Positions 26,923 through 36,408 of a stretch of 64,000 bases of DNA are shown here, in pieces. Every line of letters begins with the position of its first letter. The stretch's first letter is position 1. The DNA comes from Octopus vulgaris. Taxonomy: Eukaryota. Below the pieces are notes generated by a model that saw nothing but the letters and a program-made list of their open reading frames with translations, did not search any database and was not told the origin of the DNA. Made by a program: the position numbers and the translations under genes. Where the stretch lies: NCBI GenBank assembly GCA_951406725.2, contig OX597814.1, positions 181,474,001-181,538,000 on the forward strand. Direction: 5' to 3'.

Positions 26923-29900
26923 GGTGGCTGCCTCCTCGTTATCGAGTATGGCCATTGCACAAAGCTTAATCAATGTTGTTATCGTGCAATGCCTGTGCAA
27001 GAAGATTTTTTTTTAAAGTGGGGAAAGGCTGTGCACTGAGTCAACCCCACTCACTAAGCAACAGCAGCCATAATCCGAAAAGAAGAACAAGTCAACATCA
27101 TCGGTAACCACAGAGCCGCAGGTTTTATATTGGAGTTATCCCAGTTACCTGAGTTACCTTCTCCTAGAAGGATGCCCTAACAAAGGCTAGGAGTCCTTCA
27201 CTCCCAATGGTTTAACTGCGCGATCGGATATTCAGTCTGATTATTTCTATGTCCCCGTGCATGATCCAGCCTTAAGACATTTATTGGATGGCCGTTGACT
27301 CTCAAGAGTTCCTCCGCCCTTTGACGGGTTTTGTTTTTCATACCGCAGGGTGTCCAATAAACACCCTCCTCACCAAGCTCGCGAGCTTGGTGAGGTTGCC
27401 AGTTTAGTCACCGACGACCCGACCATGTAACAGGTTGTACTGGGTTACATGTTACCAGTAGCACTCGAAAGTGACCTGACACTAATATATACACACACAC
27501 ACACACACATATATACACACATATATATATATATATATATACAATTCAATAAAGAAAGATGTTATTCACACCATATAGAAAACATATGCTATAAAAAACC
27601 TTATTTTAAAAATCAATAAAGTACAATAAATAGTAAATAGTAGTAAAAATTTGAAACCAATATATATATATATGTATTGGTTTCAAATTTTGGCACAATG
27701 CCAGAAAGTTCAGGGAAAGGGATATGTTGATTACATTGATCCTACTGCTCGATTGTTACTTATTTTATCAACCCCAAAAGGATGAAATGTGAAGTCAACC
27801 ATGGTAGAATGTGAACTGAAAACATCATGATAAATGAAATGCCACCAAGCATTTTGCCAGGTATGGTAAAAATTCTGCCAGCTCACCATCTTATACATAT
27901 TTATTAATTACAATATTAGCATCTCATAGAAAGATAGATAAAGACACAAACACATATGCACAGCAAATGTCACCTGTTAGCATTGCTTGTGATTCTCAAA
28001 TAAATTATGAAGAGAAATGACAATGGTTTAGGATCCTTAACCCTTTTGTTACTGTATTTATTTTGAGATGCTCTGTGTTTCTTTCGATTAGTTTTAAATA
28101 TAGCAAATAATTTAGTAAAATAACTTAGTTATCATTAAGCTAGTGTTAGGAACATAAATTGTGACTAAGGTTTGGTGGAAGATTTTTATTCAAAATTTAT
28201 GAAAACAAGACATTTGTACTACAGAGCCAGAGCTGGTTTCAGCCGGGTTGTTAATGAAAGGGTTAATGTCTGATGTATTAGTCTAGTGGATAATGGCCTG
28301 AAACATAAATCAAGTCAAAATCATAACTGAACAGAAAACCATTTATTACAGTGGAAATCTGTCTGTCTGTCAGTCTGTCTCTGCTCAACAGTTGAAAATT
28401 AGTATATGTTCCTGTTGGCAGAAAGGTTAGAGATTCTCCTGTTATGTATGAGCTTGACAATATTTTACACTTCCTATCATCAACCACTTTACAGCATTGC
28501 TAGGGTGCACTATTGATGCCACCAGCAGTATAGAGGTTGATTTCCAGGATTACAGTGTTTTCTTCACACTCAGTTTTTATTCAGAGTAGCTGCTCCCTTT
28601 GATGGATTGCTTGGAGAGGACACTTTCATCTTGAAAGACAACATCTATAGTGCTGGTGACAAAAGAAAAAAAAATGCACCTAGTCCATGCTGTAAAATGA
28701 TTGTGATTGAAAAGGTATCCAACCCAGAAAACAATAACAAACTCTAAGATTTTTCAATTCTATTTTACTATTATCGACATTTGCTGTTTCATTAAATTAT
28801 GCTACCCAAATCACAAAAGAATATTTTTCTCCCTCGTGTTTTGACCACCCTAACTCTGGAACCCCTCTCTCTCTGTGCCTCACTCTGTTTCTCTCACTTG
28901 GCCTCACTCTGTCTGTCTGTCTCTCTTTCGATTACCACTTGCTTCGCCAAGATTTCCTCCACCAACCCCGCCCCCATGCTATATAAACTAGAGCACACAC
29001 TCAGATTCCCCTACTCAATTTTTAATACCTCCACCAAAAGAATACGTATTCAGAAGATGCACTCATCTAAATTTTCTAGTTCACAGTATGCCCGCCCTCC
29101 CACCCCTCCACCTGTACCGGAAGTTCCTATCCCCTGTCATCCTGTGATTGTCTCCCATGAACACTTCTAAAGGCTTTATGCCATCCCCACCCCTACTTAG
29201 GGTTTATCTCCTATGTAAGGTAGTGATCATATAGTGCATAAATATGATGGTGTAGTGTATGCAGGTTGAATTGAAGGCTATTGTTTGTTTTTGAATTCTT
29301 CCAAATGCGAGCTTTCTTTTCAGGTACATGATGCTGTTGTCCCCCGTCCCAGGGTCTCATGAGCCCACACCTCCCACATCCTCAGGGTTGGCACTCTCAA
29401 CGTCGGCACACTGAAAGGTAGGTCTGGTGAAATTGTTGAGATGCTTGAATGGAGATGTGTCGATTTGTGCTGCCTCTAAGAAGTAAGGTGGAGAGGAGGT
29501 TTGCCTAGGTTCTTCACAGGTAAAGAACATAGGTACAAGATTTTCTGGGCAGGGAACACTGACGGGGTTGGGGGTGTGGGTTTACGTCTTGCAGAGAAAT
29601 GGGTCGATAAAGTAATTAAGGTAGTCAGTGTATGTGACAGAATACTTAAGATTAGATTAGTGCTTCATCATGGGTTAGCAACCATTATCTCAGCCTATGC
29701 CCCTCAGCCGGGGTTACCTGATAGACAGAAAGACCGATTTTATGACTACATCATTGATGAATGACAGGGACCTTCTCTTTGTGGCTGGTGACTTTAATGG
29801 ACATGTTGAACAATATACAGGGGGCTTCCATGGCGTACAGGGGGCTTCCATGGTGTACATGGAGGCTGCGGTTTTGGTTCCCGCAATAAGGAGGGAACCA

Positions 29901-32113
29901 GGCTGCTGGAGTTCTGTGGTGCAAATGATCTTAGGATTTGCAATACTAACTTCAGGAAACCTGCAAGTCACCTAGTCACCCACTGTTCTGGCAGACACAC
30001 TAGCCAAATTGACTACATCCTTGCCAGAAAAAGGGAAAAACAGCTGCTTATAAATGCCAAAACCTTCCCAGGTGAAGAATGTATCCCACAACATAGACTA
30101 GTAGTTAACAACTTCAGGATCAGGGCTAAATGGATGCCCAGAAGACAATCAGCATGAAGAAGAAGGGTCTGGAAGCTTAAAGATTCTGTGAATGGACAGA
30201 GATTTAGAGAAGCCTTTGATGAAATAGAAGGGGATATAGCTTCACACAATGTGGAAGACAACAGGAGGTTTTTATGAGACAACTTGCTGAGGGCCACTGA
30301 CCAGATCTGTGGATGGTGCAAAGTCCTCTCTCGACCCAAAATAACATGGTGGTGGAACAATGTTGATGACAGGGCTATTAGAGTAAAGAAACTGGCTTGG
30401 AAGGACTGGAAGAACAGTGATAGCAGGGAATTGTATCAGACTGCCAGGAGGGAAGCTAGGAGACAGGTTTATTTAGCCAGAGGGGAAGCAGATAACAAAA
30501 AATTTGCCAATGTTCTGTACCGTGAGGACCAGAGACTTGAGGTACTTCGTGTTGCAAGACAGTGTGTGAGAAAGAATCATGATATTGTAGGAGAGAAATA
30601 TGTCCACATGGATGATGGTTCTCTTGCACTAAATGAGGCTGCAAAGAGAGAGGTTTGGAGACACCACTCTGAAAGTTTGCTCAATAAAGAGAATGAATGG
30701 AAGAAAGAGAGTTTGCCAAATGTCAACCCAACAAAGGGACCAGCTATCTGAGTTGACAGTACCTTGGTAGATAAAGCAATTAAGAGTATGAAGACAGGGA
30801 AAGGCCCCAGCCCATCAGGAATCACTGCAGAGATGCTCAAAATATCTGGCGGTGTTGGCTATAGCCTAGTCACCTGTATAGTTAACCAGGTGATACACGA
30901 AAGAGTCATACCCAATGACTGGTGTAGTAGCACCATAGTCAACTGCTACAAAGGTAAAAGTGATGCTTTAGATAGAAATAATTACAGAAGTATCAAGGGA
31001 GAAAAACTAGAAGTAGTTGATAGCTTCCGTTACCTGGGTGACCAAGTCAGTAGCAGGGGTGGGTGCACTGAAAGTGTAGCTGCTAGAATAAGAATAGCCT
31101 GGGCAAAGTTCAGAGAGCTCTTACCTCTGCTGGTGACAAAGGGCCTCTTGCTCAGAGTAAAAGGTAGACTGTATGACGCAAGTGTATGAACAGCCACGCT
31201 ACATGGCAGTGAAACATGAGCCATGACTGCTGAGGACATGCATAAGCTTGCAAGGAATGAAACCAGTATGCTCCACTGGATGTGTAATGCCTGTGTGCAT
31301 ACTCGACAGAAAAAAGTTGAACCTAAGAAGCATCAAATGTGGTGTGCAAGAGAGATGACTGCACTAGTATGGACATGTGGCGAGAATGGATGAGGATAGC
31401 TATGTGAAAATGTACCACACCCTAGCGGTTGAGGGAACCTGTGGAAGAGGTAGACCCAGGAAGACCTGGGATGAGGTGGTGAAGCACGACCTTCAAACAT
31501 TAGGCTTCACCAAGGCAATGACTAGTGACTGAGACCTTTGGAAATATGCTGTGCTTGAGAAGACCCGGCAAGCCAAGTGAGATCATAACTCATGTCCTAT
31601 GCCAGGGGTATAACCAGCCCACTTATGCGTACCTTTCCTTCATTGGACACTAAACTCTACTTGCGAAGATCTGTTGAAATTAAATTCGATGACTGGCATC
31701 TGTGCAAGTGGAGCGCTAAGAGCACCATCCAAGCGTGATCGTTGCCAGAGCAGCTGACTGGCTTCCATGCCGGTGGCACGTAAAAAGCACCATTCGAGCG
31801 TGATCATTACCAGTGACGCCTTACTGGCACGTGATAAAAATATTTGACGAAGGTCGTTGCCAGTGCCGCTAGATTGGCTCCTGTACAGGTGGCATGTAAA
31901 AAACACCATGGAGAGTGACCATTGCCAATACCACCTGACTGGCACGTAAAAGCACCCACTACACTCTCGGAGTGGTTGGCGTCAGGAAGGGCATCCAGCT
32001 GTAGAAACTCTGCCAGATCAAGACTGGAGCCTGGTGCAGCCATCTGGTTCGCCAATCCTCAGTCAAATTGTCCAACCCATACCAGCATGAAAGCGGATGT
32101 TAAACAATGATGA

Positions 32114-32166
<53 letters not shown>

Positions 32167-32225
32167 TACATTTATTTATATATATACATACACATATATA
32201 CATATATATACACACATATATTTAT

Positions 32226-32275
<50 letters not shown>

Positions 32276-34483
32276 TCATCATCATCATCGTTTAATGTCC
32301 CCTTTCCATGCTGGCATGAGTTGGACAATTTGACTGAGGGCTGGCAAGCAAGATGGCTGCACCAGGCTCCAATCTGATCTGGCAGAGTTTCTACAGCTGG
32401 ATACCCTTCCTAATGCCAACCACTCCGAGAATGTAGTGGGTGCTTTTATGTGCTACCAGCACGAGGGCTAGTCAGGCAGTGCTGGTGACAGCAATGCTCA
32501 AATGGTGTTTTTTATGTGCCACCTGCACAGGAGCCAGTCCAACAGCACTAGCAACGACCTCGCTTGAATGCTTTTCATGTGCCTGCGTCACAAGTGCCAG
32601 TAAGGTGATGCTAGTAACAATCACACTCGAATAGTGCTTTTTATGTGCCACCGACATGGGAGCCAGTCAGCATCTCTGGCAACGATCACGCTTGGATGGT
32701 GCTTTTAACATTCCAGTGGCACAGGTGCCAGTCATGCGGTGCTGTCATCGACCATGTCAGTGAATTTGATTTTAATTGTGATTTCACTTGCCTCAACAGG
32801 TCTTCACAAGCAAAGTTTAGTGTCCAACGAAAGAAAGATATGCATAAGTAGGCTGGTTACACTGCATGGGTTATGGTATCACTTGGCTTGCTGGGTCTTC
32901 TCAAGCACAGCATATTTCCAAATGATTTATAATAATATATATGTGTGTGTGTGCATGTGTGTGCACGCACACCCATGCATATAGATATATATATGCATAT
33001 GTATATCCATAACATTGTCTTGGTGAGGCCTAATGTTCGACGGTTGTGCTTCACCACCTCATCCCAGGTCTTCCTGGGTCTACCGCTTCCACAGATTCCC
33101 TCAACTGCTAGGGTGTGACACTTTTTCACACAGCTGTCCTCATCCATTCGCACCACATGACCATATGAGCGCAGTCATCTCTCTTGCACACCACATCTGA
33201 TGCTTCTTAGGTCCAACTTTTCTCTCAAGGTACTTACACTCTGTCGAGTATGCACATTGACATTAATCATCCAGCAGAGCATACTAGCTTCATTGCTTGC
33301 AAGCTTATGCATGTTCTCAACAGTCACAGCCCATGTTTCACTGCCATGTAGCATGGCTGTTCACACACATGCGTCATACAGTCTACCTTTTACTCTGAGC
33401 GAAAGGCCCTTTGTCACCAGCAGAGGTAAGAGCTCTCTGAACTTTGTCCGGGCTATTCTTATTCTAGCAGCTACACTTTCAGAGCATCCATCCCCGCACC
33501 TAGGTAATAGAAGCTGTCAACTATTTCTAGTTTTTCTCCATGGAATGTGTCAGAAGTTGTTCTCTGCACATTTCCAGTGTTTATTGTTTCTGAGCATCTG
33601 TCACATACAAAAATTATCTTCCCAGTTAGCCTTCCTTTGATATTGCTGCACCTTTTATGTGTCCAAACATACACACACATACATATACAAACATGTTTAT
33701 AAAAACATAGTAAAACTAATGGAAATGAAAATAATATACATATATATATATACACACACATTGTGAAAGTAATTGAAATTGAAACCATATAACAGTGAAA
33801 GTATATAACATTACAATAGAAGTGTTATTGTTTCACTTTTGACATGTAATACCAAAACAGTGTAAGAGATAAGAGATTGTTCCGGGCTTGCTTTAGGCAA
33901 GAAGTTGAAAATTTCTTCAGCCCATGATACTACATTAACCCTAAGTAAGGCATGTGTAAAATTTAAATGAAATCGGTCAGGTAAATCTCGAGTTTTAGTG
34001 ATGCACACATACAGACACAAACACACACATTCTTAGTTTTATATTTATAGATGGTATTTAATATACTTGTAGTTTGTCTGCGTTATTCATATACATGTCG
34101 CTGACAACTTTGAGTCATTTGCCTTAGCTTATTGTAACTTCATTTATGCAAATTACCTAAGCTATAAATGTCTTACATTTTTTTTGTGTATGTCTATTCC
34201 CTTGGTTGCTGAAGATACAGTGGGACTATTGTCATGCTGATGATGCCTATTGTACAAGAAACACATGTCCATGACTGTCTTATTTCTAGATAAGCCTGTG
34301 CTTTTCTTAAATGGCATATCAGAGAGAATGCTTGATACTTCAGATGATTTCCCTTTCTCATATGGTAATTGTGACCCCCTCCTATAGGAGCAGAGAAAAT
34401 TTCAATAAATAAAGAATATATATTTTATGGTATTTGATATACCTGTATTTGTCTATGTTGTTCATATACCTGCCACTTGCCAT
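2008..34483 (-). CDS. Multi-exon gene for an uncharacterised ankyrin-repeat protein (3' end lies beyond the window start)
   Basis: Sixteen exons with polypyrimidine-AG acceptors and GT donors join into one open frame (537 codons, about 610 with the two putative 5' exons). It contains ankyrin-like motifs [66 protein letters not shown] and [21 protein letters not shown]. Confidence 0.9.
2217..2480 (+). mobile_element. Short retroposed insertion with a 104-bp 5' inverted duplication (fold-back) and a 13-bp TSD
   Basis: Arms 2217-2320 and 2329-2432 (one mismatch, 8-nt loop), short (TTA) tail, direct repeat acaaatataggaa at 2207-2219 and 2481-2493. Confidence 0.85.
2764..2883 (-). CDS. Ankyrin gene exon: [40 protein letters not shown]
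   Basis: ctttctctag|GGC ... CAG|gttagt; 120 nt; ankyrin-like. Confidence 0.9.
3564..3689 (-). CDS. Ankyrin gene exon: [42 protein letters not shown]
   Basis: ttattgcag|GAG ... AAG|gtaaac; 126 nt. Confidence 0.9.
3864..4512 (-). mobile_element. 3' end of an RTE LINE / related SINE with (GAT)n tail
   Basis: Matches the reverse complement of 31520-32117. Other copies at ~1615-1785(+), 5160-5510(-), 12862-13152(-), 25285-25540(+), 25540-25830(-), 35385-35711(+) and 48781-49119(+). Confidence 0.8.
4822..4917 (-). CDS. Ankyrin gene exon (Ser-rich linker): [32 protein letters not shown]
   Basis: tcttttcctccag|AAC ... CAG|gtaagt; 96 nt. Confidence 0.88.
5525..7100 (-). mobile_element. 5' fragment of an RTE LINE (start of the AP endonuclease) with upstream region
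   Basis: [33 protein letters not shown] at ~5580-5680, homologous to 29385-29485. Contains a ~180-bp internal direct repeat (6158-6336 / 6686-6867). The 5' boundary is approximate. Confidence 0.65.
7193..7285 (-). CDS. Ankyrin gene exon: [31 protein letters not shown]
   Basis: atttttccag|ACT ... GAG|gtaggt; 93 nt. Confidence 0.88.
8953..9021 (-). CDS. Ankyrin gene exon: [23 protein letters not shown]
   Basis: attttctcag|TTT ... AGG|gtaatt; 69 nt. Confidence 0.88.
9143..9629. mobile_element. Tc1/mariner-pogo-type MITE, copy 1
   Basis: TA-flanked TIRs CCRTAAATCMTCRAGTATA...TATACTYGAGGATTTAYGG; same family as 13790-14174 and 18386-18880. Confidence 0.85.
10668..10887. mobile_element. TTAA-flanked (piggyBac-like) MITE
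   Basis: ttaa...AAAGGG|ttaa; reverse-complement copy at 28041-28262. Confidence 0.75.
11040..11144 (-). CDS. Ankyrin gene exon: [35 protein letters not shown]
   Basis: tttgtttttcag|GGA ... AAG|gtaaag; 105 nt; ankyrin-like. Confidence 0.9.
11374..11464. repeat. 27-bp minisatellite, ~3.3 copies
   Basis: Unit acactcactcaagggctgccctgggtg. Confidence 0.85.
12139..12258 (-). CDS. Ankyrin gene exon: [40 protein letters not shown]
   Basis: tttatctttcag|TTT ... CGT|gtaagt; 120 nt. Confidence 0.9.
13790..14174. mobile_element. Tc1/mariner-pogo-type MITE, copy 2 (internally deleted)
   Basis: ta|CCGTAAATCCTCGAGTATA ... TATACTCAAGGATTTACGG|ta. Confidence 0.85.
15154..15270 (-). CDS. Ankyrin gene exon: [39 protein letters not shown]
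   Basis: tttctgccag|GGT ... GAT|gtatgt; 117 nt; near-canonical ankyrin repeat (G.TPL..A......+..LL..GA). Confidence 0.93.
16911..17220 (+). mobile_element. tRNA-derived SINE inserted in a (TA)n tract
   Basis: A box TGGCCCAGTGG, B box GGTTTCGATTCCC, (TA)n on both sides. Confidence 0.8.
17803..17895 (-). CDS. Ankyrin gene exon: [31 protein letters not shown]
   Basis: ttttatattttag|GAT ... GGG|gtaaga; 93 nt. Confidence 0.9.
18386..18880. mobile_element. Tc1/mariner-pogo-type MITE, copy 3
   Basis: Same TIRs and body as the other two copies, TA flanks. Confidence 0.85.
18924..19007 (-). CDS. Ankyrin gene exon: [28 protein letters not shown]
   Basis: attacag|AAT ... ATG|gtatgt; 84 nt; ankyrin-like. 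Confidence 0.9.
19125..19211 (-). CDS. Ankyrin gene exon: [29 protein letters not shown]
   Basis: tttctctgtttacag|CCT ... AAG|gtaggg; 87 nt. Confidence 0.9.
19840..20770 (+). mobile_element. Decayed 3' part of a non-LTR retrotransposon with restriction-like endonuclease (RLE)
   Basis: Recognisable [31 protein letters not shown] (CCHC) and QPDNVIL...IVDVAIP motifs with many stops; followed by (TAG)n/(CAG)n. Confidence 0.8.
21239..21322 (-). CDS. Ankyrin gene exon: [28 protein letters not shown]
   Basis: attttcag|GCG ... ATG|gtttgt; 84 nt, phase 0-0. Confidence 0.85.
22037..22144 (-). CDS. Ankyrin gene exon: [36 protein letters not shown]
   Basis: ggttag|GAT ... CAG|gttagt; 108 nt; ankyrin-like repeat. 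Confidence 0.9.
23671..23793 (-). CDS. Ankyrin gene exon: [41 protein letters not shown]
   Basis: ttctag|GAT ... AAA|gtaagt; 123 nt, phase 0-0. Confidence 0.9.
24605..24832 (-). mobile_element. tRNA-derived SINE with TSD
   Basis: Direct repeat ccagaacaaatacc at 24591-24604 and 24831-24844; B-box-like GAGTTCAAATTCC on the minus strand. Related copies at ~4525-4728, 11176-11370, 21765-21990, 23195-23412, 27675-27892 and 62818-63018. Confidence 0.85.
25037..25116 (+). pseudogene. 5'-truncated tRNA-Lys(TTT) pseudogene / SINE head with a 19-nt intron-like insert
   Basis: AGTCGGTAGAGCA-TCAGA CT TTT A [atcgctaagttagcaagtg] A TCTGG-GGGTC-GTGGGTTCGAGTCCCCC. The 5' acceptor strand is missing, and a T-run and A-rich tail follow. 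Confidence 0.75.
26762..26845 (-). CDS. Ankyrin gene exon: [28 protein letters not shown]
   Basis: tttttattttag|GAA ... CAA|gtaagt; 84 nt, phase 0-0. Confidence 0.85.
26922..27483 (-). mobile_element. ~560-bp GC-richer repeat inserted in a (TA)n/(CA)n tract, probably a non-autonomous retroelement
   Basis: Sharp compositional boundaries at microsatellites; several hairpins including a 28-bp palindrome at 27368-27395. Confidence 0.55.
28041..28262. mobile_element. TTAA-flanked (piggyBac-like) MITE
   Basis: ttaa|CCCTTT ... AAAGGG|ttaa. Confidence 0.8.
29330..32117 (+). mobile_element. RTE-clade LINE, degenerate, with most of the RT core deleted
   Basis: APE motifs [20 protein letters not shown] and QIDYIL; RT start [14 protein letters not shown]...NNYRSIK joined directly to [14 protein letters not shown]; C-terminal GRGRPRKTW; (GAT)n tail. 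Confidence 0.9.
32273..33665 (-). mobile_element. 3' part of the same RTE family, inverted
   Basis: [34 protein letters not shown] and [13 protein letters not shown] on the minus strand; (CAT)n at 32273. Confidence 0.9.
33890..34051 (-). mobile_element. 5' end of a non-autonomous Helitron-like element
   Basis: The minus strand starts A|TCTATAAATATAAAAC followed by a TG/TGTC tract, like the 42675 element. The 3' end was not found. Confidence 0.45.
34177..34381 (-). CDS. Ankyrin gene, probable N-terminal exon: [24 protein letters not shown]...[12 protein letters not shown]
   Basis: Acceptor ttctctgctcctatag|G, 68 open codons, donor AAT|gtaaga (phase 0), compatible with the next exon. Confidence 0.6.
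34470..34483 (-). CDS. Putative start-codon mini-exon (ATG GCA AGT GGC AG|gtatat); an alternative in-frame donor would extend it to 34443
   Basis: Both candidate donors are phase 2, matching the phase-2 acceptor of exon 34177-34381. The region resembles a degenerate repeat at ~34050-34130, so the call is uncertain. Confidence 0.35.
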
Positions 34484-34589
34484 GCTGAGGTATTTCTCTT
34501 AGCTCAACCCCCTTCAGGTTGATGGCCCTGCTAGATTTGTAGAAAATGAGTGGGTAGACACTCCATATGATGTACCTGGTGTAAGCTAT

Positions 34590-35711
34590 AGACACATAAA
34601 AGGTACAGCAATATCAAAGGAAGGCTAACCAGGAAAATAGTTTTTGTGTGTAGCAGATGCACTGGGGCAATAAACACTGAAGATGTACAGAAAACAGATT
34701 CCATCACTTGCTAGTGGGAGAAACTAGAAGTAGTTAATGGCTTCCGCTACCTAGTCTGTAGTGGGGGAAGTTGCTCTGAGAGTGTAATGACTAGAGTAAG
34801 AATAGCCTGGGCAAAGTTCAGGGAGCTCCTACCTCTGCTGGCAATTAAGAGCCTCTTGCTCAGGGTGAAAGGCAGACTGTATGATGCATGTGTGCAGTGA
34901 AACATGGGCTATGAATGCTGAGGACATGTATAGGCTTGAAAGAAATGATGCTAAATGTCAGTGTGCATACATGATAGAGAGTAAGCACCCTGAGAGAAAA
35001 GTTGGGCATAAAAAGCATCAAATGTGGTGTGCAAGAAAGGCAACTGCGCTGGTATGGCCATATGTATCATATGAAGACAGCTGTGTGAGGAAGTGCCACT
35101 CCCTAACTGTAGAAGGAACCTGTGGAAGAGGTAGTCCCAGGAAGACATAGGTTAAGGTGGGGAAGCATGACCTTTGAACATTGGGCTTCACAGAGGCAAT
35201 GACAGGAGACTGGGACCTTTGGAGATATGCTGTGATTGAGAAGACCCAGCAATTAAAGTAAGATCGCAGCTACGCATATCCAACCTTGATGCATTGGGCG
35301 ATATCATATGCTTGAGAAGACTTGTTGAGTCACGTAATACATCAACATCAAAATAAAAATTAAATGGAAATTGTAGTTGTGATACCCGTGCCGGTGGCAC
35401 ATAAAAAGCACCATCCGAATGTGGCTGATATCAGCGAAGCCTTGACTGGCTTCCGTGCCGGTGGTACGTAAAAAGCACCAACCGATCGTGGACGTTGCCA
35501 GCCTCCCCTGGCACCTGTGCCGGTGGCACATAAAAAGCACCCACTACACTCACGGAGTGGTTGGCATTAGGAAGGGCATCCAGCTGTAGAACCACTGCCA
35601 GATCAGACTGGAGCCTGGTACAGCCTCCTGGTTTCCCAGACCCCGGTCAAACCGTCCAACCCATGCTAGCATGGAAAACGCACATTAAACGATAATGATG
35701 ATGATGATGAT
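34590..35711 (+). mobile_element. 3' part of the same RTE family, third local copy
   Basis: Homologous to 30998-31580, ending in a (GAT)n-tailed repeat. Confidence 0.85.
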
Positions 35712-35765
35712 ATATATATATATAAATCATCATCATCATCAGTTGTTCATGCTGGTATGGGTTGG

Positions 35766-35944
35766 GATAAAGATAGTTATGGCTGGTCTATGAGGTTACC
35801 CAGGGTTTCATGTCTATAAAGCACTTAACTTTACATTGTCTCTTCAGACAGTCATTAGGGTCTGAGAGAGATGCTGTAAAGCCAAGCGCTTTATGGACAT
35901 GAAACCATGGGTAACTCCATAGAGCACCCATAACCATCTTTATC
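35766..35944. repeat. Imperfect inverted repeat with hammerhead-like cores on both arms
   Basis: Minus strand: gt CTGAAGA g...cat GAAA CCC T GGG TA ac. Plus strand: gt CTGAGAGA g...cat GAAA CCATGGG TA ac. Confidence 0.65.
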
Positions 35945-36158
35945 TAATTACTCTACTGTTTTATCTAATTACTCTACTGTTCTGTAACTTAGAATGTGCT
36001 TCTCTTTTGGATTTATGATTTACTGATATGTGTGTATGTGTGCATCTGTATATCCATAACAAAACAAGAAATTGGAAAATTTATTGCTATTATTTATTCA
36101 CTATTGCACATGTTTCATTTGCTAATAAGAATTATTATAGAGTTTTACATGTTAGATA

Positions 36159-36408
36159 AGTGGAGGCGTGTGGCTTAGTGGTTAGGGCGTCAGCATCATG
36201 ATCGTAAGATTGTGGTTTCGATTCCTGGACTGGGCAAAGCGTTGTTCTTGAGCAAAACACTTCATTTGACATTACTCCAGTCCACTCAGCTGGCAAAAAT
36301 GAGCAACGCTGTGATGGACTGGCGTCCCATCCAGCTGGGGAACACACATGCCATTGAAACCGGGCCCATGAGCTTGGCTAGGCTTTAAAAGGGCGCATTT
36401 ATTATTTT
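36159..36408 (+). mobile_element. tRNA-derived SINE with a 16-bp TSD
   Basis: A box TGGCTTAGTGG, B box GGTTTCGATTCC; TSD ttttacatgttagata at 36143-36158 and 36409-36424; related copy at ~62570-62760. Confidence 0.9.

Noticed and set aside
33200-33640. 146-aa plus-strand ORF (also 58215-58700 and 55329-55799)
   Set aside because: These are antisense frames of LINE coding sequence.
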